Part shown: in pieces, positions 47,531 to 57,922 of the stretch
Layout: the number at the start of each line of letters is the position of its first letter
Position numbering within the stretch: position 1 is the first letter of the stretch
Virus record (IMG/VR): IMGVR_UViG_3300020045_008999
Location: 1-64,000 of that record
Direction: 5' to 3' (one strand)
Length of the DNA stretch: 64,000 bases
Origin: a virus
Taxonomy: Duplodnaviria > Heunggongvirae > Uroviricota > Caudoviricetes
Program-made: the position numbers and the translations under genes
Notes under the pieces: model-generated
What the model was told of the DNA's origin: nothing
Databases searched by the model: none
The model's input: only the letters and a program-made list of their open reading frames with translations

Positions 47531-48139
47531 TTATTCTAGACCATCTTTTATATCATTCATTAAATTTTCTAAATTGTTTTGATTTAATGATAAGTCATCA
47601 TTCCATATATCGTAAAATCGTTGGTATTTTAAAAATACCTTGAAATTATCGGAGTGCATTCCATCCAATATATTTAATAGTTGTGTATTACCTATCTCTA
47701 AGTGTGTCCCTAGTGATATATCGGTGTTCCCGGAATACGTTGTGCGTAAATTTGGATTATTGAAACAATCTAGGTATCCACCAATAGTCTCGGCACATCC
47801 TTCGAGTGATATTAATTCATTCTGCTCACAGGTGTAATGGCTACCGACCGTATCTGGTCCACCCACTAACGAAGTTAGGTAATTATAACCACAATCAAAT
47901 ATTTTACCAACGTGTCTTGGGCATCCTTTTAGCGTTGTTAACTTGTTTTTATCACACTCAAAATTCTCACTAACTGTATTAAATTCCAATGGTAATTCTT
48001 GAATATCAAACATTCGAATTGACACCGATCCAGATACATCCAGCGTACTATCATTGTTGATTTTATAATTGTTGATTTTAAATTGCTGACAAATAGCATC
48101 TATTCTATTTTTTTCTTGCTGGTAAATTAAATTTTTCAT
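47531..48139 (-). CDS. LRR-like repeat family protein, subfamily A
   Basis: N-terminal EKNRIDAICQQFKINNYKINNDSTLDVSGSV and C-terminal FLKYQRFYDIWNDDLSLNQNNLENLMNDIKDGLE. Confidence 0.6.
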   Translation of the reverse strand: MKNLIYQQEKNRIDAICQQFKINNYKINNDSTLDVSGSVSIRMFDIQELPLEFNTVSENFECDKNKLTTLKGCPRHVGKIFDCGYNYLTSLVGGPDTVGSHYTCEQNELISLEGCAETIGGYLDCFNNPNLRTTYSGNTDISLGTHLEIGNTQLLNILDGMHSDNFKVFLKYQRFYDIWNDDLSLNQNNLENLMNDIKDGLE

Positions 48140-48205
48140 AAAGTATATATAAAAAATGTATTAATATGAATATAAATTGTATATATTTGTGAAAAATAAA
48201 TCAAT

Positions 48206-48409
48206 ATGGAACCAGAAATTTTAGTTAAGCGTTTTAAATGTAAATGTGGCAAAGCCAGATTATTGTGTGTTATTGACCCAAATGGTGCCCCGTTCTCTAA
48301 AGAATCACTAAAGGAGCAGATCAATTTAGTAAAAGCTGGCTGTGATGTCGAAACAATTAGTTTAGATCAAGCGCGTGAATCTGAATTATGTTTTACGTGT
48401 AAATTATAA
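48206..48409 (+). CDS. Small Cys-containing protein
   Basis: CKCGKARLLC...CFTCKL. Confidence 0.3.
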   Translation: MEPEILVKRFKCKCGKARLLCVIDPNGAPFSKESLKEQINLVKAGCDVETISLDQARESELCFTCKL

Positions 48410-48411
48410 TT

Positions 48412-48738
48412 ATGAAAATAATAGAACGTCATACATTAACAAGTCCTGAATATTTGGAAATTATGAATGCCGAGTCCCATCATAAACATGAAATTTACGA
48501 GGATGAAAGAGGGGTATATCGTTGGGTCGAAAATCGCGATGTTAAAAACATCATGGCAAATATTTCAATGAATGACATATGTCCACTTTTGTGTGAATTG
48601 GGGTATGGTAAAAATTCTGAGGTGTATCGGAAGTTATATAGAGATATAGGTTATTCGTTATCTGGATATTGGGAAATTTTTTATTGGGAGCTGAATAATG
48701 ACGAAGCCTCTGAATATGCGCCATTAGGTAATGTTTGA
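48412..48738 (+). CDS. Hypothetical protein
   Basis: 108-aa ORF. Confidence 0.4.
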   Translation: MKIIERHTLTSPEYLEIMNAESHHKHEIYEDERGVYRWVENRDVKNIMANISMNDICPLLCELGYGKNSEVYRKLYRDIGYSLSGYWEIFYWELNNDEASEYAPLGNV

Positions 48739-48836
48739 GTTGATGTGAAATTTATTTTATTGAACAAATGTGCTTTAAAATTAGGATATGTCTAATATTA
48801 TTCGTACATTTACACTCTAATCTAAACAAAATCATT

Positions 48837-49838
48837 ATGAAAAACATTTTAAGATTTTTAGTAATTGCATTATTTTGTATCAATTTTACCTCATGTAGCA
48901 ATGATGATACAGATGAAACAATACCACCTGTAGTGGTAGTTCCTCCTAGTGTTCCACCCGCGACTACTGTTTTGAAACCAGCAGTTGTTAACATTGTGAG
49001 TAATGGTTCAGCCGGTAAAAGTAAAAATAGTAAAAGTACCGCAGTAACCAAGCGTTTAGTGAAGGCTATTACGTTTCGCTCAACATCTGCCTTTGATTAC
49101 AAATATAAAACTAAATTTACAGCTGAAGAGTATAAGGCATTACCTAATGATAATGTGTATGACCCAACTGAGGAATTGTTAAATTTGGACACCAAAAAAT
49201 ATGATGAACGAATCTATACGTATAATGCAAGTGGAAATCTTGATAAAATAACTATTGACAACATCGCGTATCCAGGCAATAATGGTACCGTTGCATACTC
49301 ACCAATTATATTTAATTATTTAGAGAGTGGTGCAAGAGTTCAAGTAACCAGGTATCAAGATAAAGGTGCAGTATTGTTATATGAGTATAATACAATTGGT
49401 CAAGTTATCAAAGCACGTGACGTTGATGGTACGCTTCGATATACTTTTGAGTATGACGAAAATAACAATATTATTAGTAAATTCTTATATACGTTGGGTA
49501 CCGATGGAAATCCAAAACCGCAGATGCACTATACTTATGCATATTACGCGAATAGTACATATACTAAAAACTGGATTGAAATTCTACCTGATGGGTCTAG
49601 TAAAATAAACTCCACTATAACATACACCTATAATAAAAATGTTTCCGGTGTATATAATAATGAGCCAATTTACAAAATATTGATGGATAATGAAGAGGGA
49701 TTAGCATACCTACACATTATGCACAATACAAATGGTGCCTCGCCTAAATATTTTTACGATGTAGATGGTTATCTTATCAAATATGATAAAAACGGATTGA
49801 ATGATGCTAATGATATTACATTGTTTATATACGAATAG
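48837..49838 (+). CDS. Lipoprotein with YD/RHS-like repeat motifs
   Basis: Internal ATG gives MKNILRFLVIALFCINFTSC (lipobox). A Pro/Val/Thr-rich linker precedes YTYNASGNLDKI / YEYNTIGQVIKARD / FEYDENNNII, which resemble YD repeats. Confidence 0.5.
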   Translation: MKNILRFLVIALFCINFTSCSNDDTDETIPPVVVVPPSVPPATTVLKPAVVNIVSNGSAGKSKNSKSTAVTKRLVKAITFRSTSAFDYKYKTKFTAEEYKALPNDNVYDPTEELLNLDTKKYDERIYTYNASGNLDKITIDNIAYPGNNGTVAYSPIIFNYLESGARVQVTRYQDKGAVLLYEYNTIGQVIKARDVDGTLRYTFEYDENNNIISKFLYTLGTDGNPKPQMHYTYAYYANSTYTKNWIEILPDGSSKINSTITYTYNKNVSGVYNNEPIYKILMDNEEGLAYLHIMHNTNGASPKYFYDVDGYLIKYDKNGLNDANDITLFIYE

Positions 49839-49857
49839 AGAACCACTTTAAATATAC

Positions 49858-49892
49858 AAAACCCGCCATTTTTCAATGGCGGGTTTTTTTTG
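49858..49892 (+). terminator. Strong rho-independent terminator (aaacccgccat..atggcgggtttttttt)
   Basis: GC-rich 9-bp stem plus T8. Confidence 0.75.
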
Positions 49893-49931
49893 TGCTTTTT
49901 TTAAGTATTTATAAACAAACCTACTTAAAAG

Positions 49932-50522
49932 ATGTATAATAAACAAATCATAATAATGACACTTAGTATTTTAGTTGCTTCCACACATACACGTTACGAT
50001 AATTTCTTACCTAAGATGATGAAAATGTTATATTCACAATTGAATGATTCGAACCGTGGGGTTGTTGAGATTCTAACGTTTATTGATAACAAAGAACGTA
50101 GTATTGGTGTTAAGCGAAATGATTTGATCTCACTTGCCCGCGGCAAATATGTCACATTCATAGACGATGATGATAGAATTACAGATGATTATGTGAGTAC
50201 ATTGTTGGAACACATAAAGGATCAGGATGTGATTTGTTTTAAAGTTGAAGTTTCTTTGAATGGGTCCGAACCTAAAATTTGTTATTATTCCAAAAATTAT
50301 GGAACTGATTACAATACACCGGATGCATATTATAGATTGCCAAACCATCTAATGTGTTATCGTCGAGAATTGGTGGAAAGTGTAGGTTATAAAGATATGC
50401 AATGTGGTGAAGACTCGGATTTTGCAAAACGCATACTACCATTAATAAAAGAGGAATTGTGCATAGATCGCATATTATATTACTATGATTTCAACTCAAA
50501 TACAACAGAAACTCAAAATTAA
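49932..50522 (+). CDS. Family 2 glycosyltransferase
   Basis: ILVASTHTRYDNF... and YVTFIDDDDRI (DxD motif) in a GT-A-like layout. Confidence 0.55.
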   Translation: MYNKQIIIMTLSILVASTHTRYDNFLPKMMKMLYSQLNDSNRGVVEILTFIDNKERSIGVKRNDLISLARGKYVTFIDDDDRITDDYVSTLLEHIKDQDVICFKVEVSLNGSEPKICYYSKNYGTDYNTPDAYYRLPNHLMCYRRELVESVGYKDMQCGEDSDFAKRILPLIKEELCIDRILYYYDFNSNTTETQN

Positions 50523-50524
50523 AT

Positions 50525-51769
50525 ATGAATATAGATGTAATATTTTTATCTGATACTAAAACATCAGACTTAACTCAATCGGCGATAGATACTATTAAGT
50601 CTTCCGAAACGAACATTGTGTTTGACATAATAGTTATTGAAAAATCGAAAAAGTTATACGAGGGGGTTACTAATGTAAAACTTAGTGATGAATTCAATTA
50701 TAATAAGTTTATGAATATTGGTGCTAGTATGGGCACCAATGAATACATCGTATTTTGTAATAACGATCTGTTATTTACCAAAGGCTGGTTTACTGAATTG
50801 TTGGAATATGGTAAAGATTGTATGTCCCCAAAGTGTCCAAATGATTTTAGACAAATGGATAAGGTTGATCCAATCGTAAGTGGATATGATATTGGAAGTA
50901 TTTTTTGTGGATGGTGTTTCGTATTGAAGCGAACCATATGGGAAGAAATTGGTGGGCTTGATGAAGATTTTAAATTTTGGTTTGCTGATAATGCAACAGT
51001 TGAACAACTAAAGGAAATTGGGGTGATGCCTAATTTAATTACCAAATCGCTAGTGACTCATTTAGGCAGTCGTACATTAAAAATGCTTGATGGTGAATCT
51101 CAAAAAGAATTAACCTTTTCTCAGAATGAACTATTTGTAAATAAATACAAAAGTAATAAAATATCTAATGAACCGCCGCGCGAGGTATTCCGATATGATA
51201 TAATTAATGATGTAATTACGCGATATGAATTTACCTCTTATTTGGAAATCGGATTTCAAAATGGTGTGTGTTTTAGTAACGTTAAATGTCTTAATAAAAA
51301 TGCGGTTGATCCATATCCATTAGTAAGTGTTCCTGAATTATATATCGAGACTAGTGATTCATTTTTTGACCGCAATATGCATCCGTATGACGTTATATTC
51401 ATAGATGGGTTACATACATATCACCAGGTAAAAACTGACTTTGAAAATGCCCTTAAAATAGCTAAAGTAATCATATTACATGATATGAATCCGAGTAGTG
51501 AAGAACGTTCTAAATCGTTTGATCTTGGTGGACAGTGGAATGGTGATTGCTATAAACTGGCAATCGACTTGGCAAATGGTCAATATGATCTTCGGTATAT
51601 TACCATCGACGAAGATCAGGGTACTATGGTAGTGTTTAATGATAATTTCACACAGCCAAATGAAGTAAAATATTCACATAATTACCAATCATTTGATCCG
51701 AACCGGGAAGCTATTTTAAATCTGAGAACTTATACTGAATTTTTACGCGAACTTAAATATTTTTTTTAA
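50525..51769 (+). CDS. Bifunctional glycosyltransferase (GT2-like) / class I SAM-dependent methyltransferase (TylF/Methyltransf_24-like)
   Basis: N-terminal VIFLSD...IVFCNNDLLF...GGLDEDFKFWFAD. C-terminal YLEIGFQNGVCFS...YDVIFIDGLHTYHQVKTDFENALKIAKVIILHD matches the macrocin-O-methyltransferase fold. Confidence 0.55.
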   Translation: MNIDVIFLSDTKTSDLTQSAIDTIKSSETNIVFDIIVIEKSKKLYEGVTNVKLSDEFNYNKFMNIGASMGTNEYIVFCNNDLLFTKGWFTELLEYGKDCMSPKCPNDFRQMDKVDPIVSGYDIGSIFCGWCFVLKRTIWEEIGGLDEDFKFWFADNATVEQLKEIGVMPNLITKSLVTHLGSRTLKMLDGESQKELTFSQNELFVNKYKSNKISNEPPREVFRYDIINDVITRYEFTSYLEIGFQNGVCFSNVKCLNKNAVDPYPLVSVPELYIETSDSFFDRNMHPYDVIFIDGLHTYHQVKTDFENALKIAKVIILHDMNPSSEERSKSFDLGGQWNGDCYKLAIDLANGQYDLRYITIDEDQGTMVVFNDNFTQPNEVKYSHNYQSFDPNREAILNLRTYTEFLRELKYFF

Positions 51770-51789
51770 TAAATAATAAACAATAAATT

Positions 51790-52029
51790 ATGATTGAGGC
51801 AATAGTGGAATACTACAGTGAAGAAGAATTTTTAAAAGCGGATGGTTTTGATGAGGCCATTCTGGGTGTTGATGAAAATACCAATCGTTTAATATACTCA
51901 GTGAAAAAGTGCATCAGTATTTTGATGCGAGATATGGATGAGGAAGATGCCCTTGAGTACTTTAGTTACAATGTTTCTGGTGGATATGTTGGGGAACAAA
52001 CCCCAATATGGTGCTATGATAATTTTTAA
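51790..52029 (+). CDS. Hypothetical protein
   Basis: 79-aa ORF. Confidence 0.35.
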   Translation: MIEAIVEYYSEEEFLKADGFDEAILGVDENTNRLIYSVKKCISILMRDMDEEDALEYFSYNVSGGYVGEQTPIWCYDNF

Positions 52030-52035
52030 CAAATG

Positions 52036-52068
52036 AAAAAAGAGGTAGAATATTCTACCTCTTTTTCA
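52036..52068 (+). terminator. Rho-independent terminator (agaggtagaatattctacctct + T5)
   Basis: Read from sequence. Confidence 0.7.
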
Positions 52069-52231
52069 TTTGTTTGATTGTATTTTCCAAATTTTGAAGC
52101 ATCCCAGAACCATTGCTGCAATAAATAAGAGAATTATATTATCGTCAATTGGAACGGTTGGTTTGCAATTTGGATTATTTGGTCGTTGTTCGCACCAACA
52201 GGCTGAAAATTCTGGACAAGGTTCGGGAGGG

Positions 52232-53117
52232 TTAGGCATTTATTTCCTCCTGTTCTGGTTTGTTATGAGCTATAATGATATTCTTTACATCACTAGGCTT
52301 AAACTGGATTTCCCATTTCGGTTTTCGGTCATCTGACCATTTTATAATTTCACCGGTTATGCTATTTCTTATAATAACTGATATTGAACCAGATATTGTG
52401 TAATGATACAAAACGCCATCAATTGTGATTTCACGTCTTCCTTTTTTTGGCAACATAGTAATAATTTAAAATTAAATAATAATATCGGGTAATAAATTTA
52501 ATGTGTATAAAATTCCAGCATCCAATGCTGCTTCTGCGCAATGGAAGTTATCCATTTCAAATCGTATTACAACTTTGTAATCAACCACCTCTTTGACAAC
52601 CATCTTGTAGGCGTAAATTGCATTATCATCGTCTGTGATATACATAGATTGTTCGATGAAAATTCGTTGTCTATTTCGAATCTCTCTTAATAAACATTCA
52701 TGGCTGCACGTATTATTTTTAATTCTAAGCCATTTATCAAGTAAGCATCTGTTATCAAATCCTTTGCGCAATGCTAGATTTGAGAGTTTGCTAGATATAT
52801 TATGATCCATATTTTTTTATTTATAATTAGTCACATGCGTATGAAATATTCCCTGAAATCTCACTGAGGTCAATTGTCTTATTTATATTTGTATAAATTG
52901 TCGTATTAACCACCTTAACAATACAAACTCCTCTTAGATGCTTTTGGTATCGTTTTGGGTTTTTTATGAAAATAGTACACGGTGATCCAATACATATTTG
53001 TTGGTTTCCAATATGGAAATTTGTTTCACTACTTATCCAAGTACCTTGGAAGTTAATGCGATTTCCATTTTCATCTGTGTAGTGTGGTGATGAATCGATA
53101 GTAATTGAATTTTTCAT
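52232..53117 (-). other. Three hypothetical minus-strand ORFs (52232-52456, 52472-52810, 52827-53117)
   Basis: 74, 112 and 96 aa, co-directional. Confidence 0.35.
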
Positions 53118-53183
53118 AGTATAATGTTAGATTATGATTACAAATATAATAAAAAAAACCATACATCCGATGTTATTTTGAAT

Positions 53184-53216
53184 AAAAAAAGGGATATCAA
53201 ATGATATCCCTTTTTT
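53184..53216. terminator. Bidirectional terminator (aaagggatatcaaatgatatcccttttt)
   Basis: Read from sequence. Confidence 0.65.
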
Positions 53217-53233
53217 ATTATTTATGTCTTTAT

Positions 53234-54055
53234 TTATTCAACGTTTTCGATTCCGGTTTGGAAAACTTTCGAAGTTTTTGTTGAGGTAAATCCAGGCTTG
53301 TAGTTTATTTTTGGGCGATTTAAGAATAAATTATAGATATTATTTGGGAATAGTTCTAATAATGTGTTGTTAGACTTTGCTATTTCCTGTGATTTTAATT
53401 CTATTTCTAAATATCCAGCTCTTTGCGATTCTATAAATTCGGATAGATCAGCATAAAATTTAGTAAATTCTGAATATGGTACCGGTTGATTTTCTTGTAC
53501 CCATTTCCATGCAATTTTACCGGAATCTTTCCTACCATCCATAAGAATTTTGGTCACTTCTATAAACGTTGATTTATTTCGCTCTAGGATGTTATCTTTA
53601 AAAAAGTTGGTCTTAGTCATGTTGTCATAATACGTTTCCTTTTCCTGTGCAATTTTAATATATTCGTTTGTATATTGCACAGTTAGGTTGTATATTTCTT
53701 TGGAATCACTAAATACCTTTGTACCGATGATGAAAATAGCAAGAAATAAGACAAGGGTTTTGACGTCGGCGTAATAATTAGTATCAGATGCGACATCTGC
53801 TTCGAAATCCCACTCTAAACTTTGGTCTAGTGATTTTCGTAAAAGGATCACGAGGTAGATAAATGCTCCAATCAATGCAATCGTGTTAAAAATAATATGC
53901 ATTGCTGAAAAATCGAGTGAGCCATCGGTGGCTCGTTGGTCCCCGGGGAATTCAATGTCCCATGAAAATCCTAATGCCAGAAGCGAAATTGCGAAAAGAA
54001 TTAGTTTAGAAACTAACTGTTGTTTGGATAATTTACCCTTGTTGAAAATACTCAT
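53234..54055 (-). CDS. Hypothetical membrane protein (3+ TM helices)
   Basis: Hydrophobic segments LILFAISLLALGF, IALIGAFIYLVILL, LVLFLAIFIIG. Confidence 0.45.
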   Translation of the reverse strand: MSIFNKGKLSKQQLVSKLILFAISLLALGFSWDIEFPGDQRATDGSLDFSAMHIIFNTIALIGAFIYLVILLRKSLDQSLEWDFEADVASDTNYYADVKTLVLFLAIFIIGTKVFSDSKEIYNLTVQYTNEYIKIAQEKETYYDNMTKTNFFKDNILERNKSTFIEVTKILMDGRKDSGKIAWKWVQENQPVPYSEFTKFYADLSEFIESQRAGYLEIELKSQEIAKSNNTLLELFPNNIYNLFLNRPKINYKPGFTSTKTSKVFQTGIENVE

Positions 54056-54076
54056 AATTATTGTGTTTAATGGTTA

Positions 54077-55384
54077 TTATTGTTTATTATTGTTCTCCCA
54101 TGTAATTCTTGGGCAATTTTTGTGATACATGCTGCTTATTAAATCGATAGCCATTTTGAAAAAATCTATCATGTATATAAACCCTTTTAATAATATTATT
54201 AAAAGTTGCCCAATCCATCCAAACATAAATTTAAAGGCTACTAAAAATTTTATCTTCATCTGATAAAAAGGCATGTTTATTTTTGGCATGTTTACCTTTG
54301 GCATCTTGCTTCTTATTTTTTGGGACCCTATAATAGACACTTTCTTTATTTTTCTCACTAGAGATACTATTTGATCATATAAATAAACCAAAATTGGTGA
54401 GAATACATATCTAGCGGTGATGTATATTAGCGTAAATGAACCAGCCAAGACTGCAATAATTACTATTCCATAACCAACCCATTTCCAATTAATCCATTCG
54501 AATAAAGTGATTAAAGTCGTTATAAATAAATAACCAATAGCTAAACCAACTATACTAACCAACAGGATGCCGATTATCTTCGCAGTTTTACTTTCTCGCA
54601 AATCGCTAATTTGTGCTTGTCTGATTTGTTTCTTTTTAATAATAGTATTATTTGGTACTACTTTTATTTGACTTTGTTTGTATGCTTCAAGTGCAATTTT
54701 CTTTTCATACCTTTGGTCACTAAGAAAAGTAGAATGTTTTCCATATTTAATATCTAGTCTATCTCGGATATCCCAGGACAGGTGCCACTTATATTTTTTA
54801 TACTTATCAGTCTTCTGTATTGCATATGCTTCTGCATCAGTCATAGTATTGATTCTATTGCTTATACTAGTAGTATAATTATCTGCAATACGATCTTTTC
54901 TGCGGCTGTTATACGTCTTACATGCCTCCATAAAACCCATACCAGCTTTACCGGTCAATCGTATTGAAAATACAATTGGGAAGGTGCATAGTACAAGTAC
55001 CATAATCCAGAAGTACGGACACATTGTTGGGTGAACCTTGTGTGCCTCTTTACCAAATACCCATTTATAAAGTCTACAATGCCAGGCATCGGTATTGAAG
55101 GTATAGAAATTTTTCACCGGTACTTCATCTTCTAATAAACTCAATATAAATTTCCCCTCGAGGCTAATATCATACCACACATCACCCAATTGACATTTAC
55201 AAACTTTATTTTTGCGATCAATGTCCCATTTAGTCAAAATGTATTCACTCTTGATGGCTAACCCATCACCCATATTATTCCGATCTTCCACACTACCGAC
55301 TAAAACGGTCCTATCTAAATTATAAACTAAATTTTTAAGGTCATAGCCCCCAATAGTGGCTGATAGATTTGAACATTTCTCCAT
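54077..55384 (-). CDS. Hypothetical polytopic membrane protein
   Basis: At least four TM segments (WIMVLVLCTFPIVF, IIGILLVSIVGLAIGYLFITTLITLF, VGYGIVIIAVLAGSFTLIYI, FMFGWIGQLLIILLKGFIYMI). Confidence 0.45.
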   Translation of the reverse strand: MEKCSNLSATIGGYDLKNLVYNLDRTVLVGSVEDRNNMGDGLAIKSEYILTKWDIDRKNKVCKCQLGDVWYDISLEGKFILSLLEDEVPVKNFYTFNTDAWHCRLYKWVFGKEAHKVHPTMCPYFWIMVLVLCTFPIVFSIRLTGKAGMGFMEACKTYNSRRKDRIADNYTTSISNRINTMTDAEAYAIQKTDKYKKYKWHLSWDIRDRLDIKYGKHSTFLSDQRYEKKIALEAYKQSQIKVVPNNTIIKKKQIRQAQISDLRESKTAKIIGILLVSIVGLAIGYLFITTLITLFEWINWKWVGYGIVIIAVLAGSFTLIYITARYVFSPILVYLYDQIVSLVRKIKKVSIIGSQKIRSKMPKVNMPKINMPFYQMKIKFLVAFKFMFGWIGQLLIILLKGFIYMIDFFKMAIDLISSMYHKNCPRITWENNNKQ

Positions 55385-55385
55385 T

Positions 55386-55679
55386 TTATTCGCTTTTTAG
55401 TAAAATTATTGATTTTAGATTACTCACACCATAGTTATCAGGTTCCAAAAACATCATATAATTAAAATAGATGTTGTTTTTTAACTGTAATATTATTTCG
55501 GCAGTTCTTTCTTTGTTTTCCACAATAGTGTATGCAGCAAATCGGGTTCTTTTATTGTTTACATAACTATCTAATTTCCATTCACAGACTACTAAGTCCC
55601 CTTTTTTGAGATTTTGGAAATCGCTTATAGTTTCCATTAATTGAGTATGTATCATTATAATTGTAATATTTATTTGCAC
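55386..55679 (-). CDS. Hypothetical protein
   Basis: 97-aa ORF. Confidence 0.35.
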   Translation of the reverse strand: MQINITIIMIHTQLMETISDFQNLKKGDLVVCEWKLDSYVNNKRTRFAAYTIVENKERTAEIILQLKNNIYFNYMMFLEPDNYGVSNLKSIILLKSE

Positions 55680-55721
55680 AAAACTATATTAAATAGATGA
55701 CCTGTGCAAGTATTTATTAAA

Positions 55722-56336
55722 TTATTTTAACCCATCATTAATTTCATCAAGTAATACGTGGTAATTTGTGAGATTTAAAGTAAAATCCTCATTCCATATT
55801 TCGAAGTATCGCTGGTACTTTAATATTAATTTAATTTGTGCATCGTTATCTTCGGTGGTAATTTCACAGGGTAATGAAATACCATCCGTTGTGATCTCAC
55901 CACCAATACATATATCATCAAGTGCGTATAATGAGGTTAGGTGGAAATTTCCATATAATGAAAAATTACCACCGATTGTATGCGCACAACCAATAAGATT
56001 TTTTATATCGGTATATTGAAATATGTAATTGCCATTAACTGTGTGTGGACCACCTTCCATGGAATCGATTGTGTTGTTGTTACATAAAAAATCTCGACCT
56101 ACTATTTTAGGAAATCCTTGCATTGTTGTTAACCCACCGTCGGAACAGGCAAAATTCATAGAAACTGAATTGAAAACAATCGGAAGTACTGTCACATTTG
56201 GTGACATAAAATCCAATGAAACACTCCCGTTTACATCAATAGATCCATCTGCATTTATTGAATAATCAATGATATTATTGTGTTTACAAAATTGAATGAT
56301 TGTATCTTGATTATCCAGTGATATTAAATTTTTCAT
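55722..56336 (-). CDS. LRR-like repeat family protein, subfamily A
   Basis: C-terminal KLILKYQRYFEIWNEDFTLNLTNYHVLLDEINDGLK. Confidence 0.6.
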   Translation of the reverse strand: MKNLISLDNQDTIIQFCKHNNIIDYSINADGSIDVNGSVSLDFMSPNVTVLPIVFNSVSMNFACSDGGLTTMQGFPKIVGRDFLCNNNTIDSMEGGPHTVNGNYIFQYTDIKNLIGCAHTIGGNFSLYGNFHLTSLYALDDICIGGEITTDGISLPCEITTEDNDAQIKLILKYQRYFEIWNEDFTLNLTNYHVLLDEINDGLK

Positions 56337-56391
56337 AATCTATATATTATTTTCCATAATCTATTGCGAATGTATTGAATTTATAATATAT

Positions 56392-56679
56392 TTGCTAAAA
56401 AAACGCATGACTAATTATAAAAAAGATGTTGCGCTTGCAACGGTGATGGGTGCTAAGATAATTTCTGATAAATCGTTAAATCCACTGATTAAAAAATGGG
56501 AATCTAAAACTTTTCCATTACTTGATGGTCGCTTCTTATCAACACATGAGTTACATTTTCGATCAGATTGGAACTGGATAATGCCAGTGGTTTTTAAATT
56601 TAAGGTCGATATTTCCGGGATGAGCGATTTGAACGCTATCGCTGATTTGTGTTATGATGTGGTAGTGCCTGTTAAATAA
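56392..56679 (+). CDS. Hypothetical protein
   Basis: 95-aa ORF between two family members. Confidence 0.35.
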   Translation: MLKKRMTNYKKDVALATVMGAKIISDKSLNPLIKKWESKTFPLLDGRFLSTHELHFRSDWNWIMPVVFKFKVDISGMSDLNAIADLCYDVVVPVK

Positions 56680-56683
56680 CTTA

Positions 56684-57358
56684 TTATTTTAGACCATCTT
56701 TAATTTCATTTAATAATATTTGGTAATTCTCTTCGTTTAAAGTGAGATCATTATTCCAAATTTCAAAGTGTCTTTGGTATTTCAATATTAATAACATTTC
56801 ATACTTATCGGTGTATTGTATTAAAGATTTTGGTAAGTTTGTATCGTTTATATATATTTTATTACCAACTTCGATATCGACATCCCCAGAGTAGGTGGAT
56901 GTCATATTAGGGTTGTGTGAAATGAGAAAATATGTACCAATATATTCTGGTGCACCTTCCAATGATCTTATATTATTCTTAACGCAACTAAAGAACCCAT
57001 TTACCCGTAATGGTGAAAATTCTAAAGAGGTTAACTGATTATTAAAGAAGTCGCAATTTTCCAATATAACTTCCGGTATTCCTTTCATGGATGTTAGCAT
57101 ATTATCTCTACAACTTAAACTAGCACCTAGTGTTTTTGGAAACCCATATGTTGAGGTAAGGTTATTTTCAGCACAATTAAAATCACCAGTCACCTTGTTG
57201 AATTTTAGTGGTAATATTGAAAGATTTTTACGCATTAGGTTAACATCACCGTCTACATCAATGGATCCATCTGGATTAATGGTATAATTTCCAATTCCAT
57301 ATTGATTACATATCAAATCGATTCTATCTTTTCCTTCTTTGCTAATTAAATTTTTCAT
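56684..57358 (-). CDS. LRR-like repeat family protein, subfamily A
   Basis: N-terminal GKDRIDLICNQYGIGNYTINPDGSIDVDGDV and C-terminal LILKYQRHFEIWNNDLTLNEENYQILLNEIKDGLK. Confidence 0.6.
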   Translation of the reverse strand: MKNLISKEGKDRIDLICNQYGIGNYTINPDGSIDVDGDVNLMRKNLSILPLKFNKVTGDFNCAENNLTSTYGFPKTLGASLSCRDNMLTSMKGIPEVILENCDFFNNQLTSLEFSPLRVNGFFSCVKNNIRSLEGAPEYIGTYFLISHNPNMTSTYSGDVDIEVGNKIYINDTNLPKSLIQYTDKYEMLLILKYQRHFEIWNNDLTLNEENYQILLNEIKDGLK

Positions 57359-57448
57359 TCATTATATATTAAAATATAATTTTATACTTTATTATGTGAG
57401 AATTTTGTTGTAGTATTGTAATCGTATTATCTTAACATAATTTATACT

Positions 57449-57922
57449 ATGAATTTAAACAAATTTCCACAATTGGAATTGGATATGATGGCAATCAGTA
57501 ATGTTAAATACGTGCCTATATTTAATATATTTGTGAAAGATTTATCAGTTGATTGGTATGCTCGACTTGGAAAGTATATAAAATGTAAAGGTACGGTAGT
57601 ATCACATAAAGTATATCCTAAAAATAAAATAGATGATGATACGCTTGGGATAATTTTCACAACTACTACATTATCCGGTGTTGTGTTGGATAGAATGTTT
57701 GGCGTACCATTTATACATTCACAATTTGGTAATAGTTTTTGCGAAAATATGATATTTGAGGGGTGCGCATCATATTTCATTAATTTTCACGACACAAAAA
57801 TGCATATTTCATATGATCATAAAGGAGTTAAAATTGAAGTACATAAAGACACTAAACCAGAAATAATATATGAAATTCTTTGTAAACTTGTTGAAAAATT
57901 TATTCAAAATGAACCCGCTTAA
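57449..57922 (+). CDS. Hypothetical protein
   Basis: 157-aa ORF. Confidence 0.4.
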   Translation: MNLNKFPQLELDMMAISNVKYVPIFNIFVKDLSVDWYARLGKYIKCKGTVVSHKVYPKNKIDDDTLGIIFTTTTLSGVVLDRMFGVPFIHSQFGNSFCENMIFEGCASYFINFHDTKMHISYDHKGVKIEVHKDTKPEIIYEILCKLVEKFIQNEPA

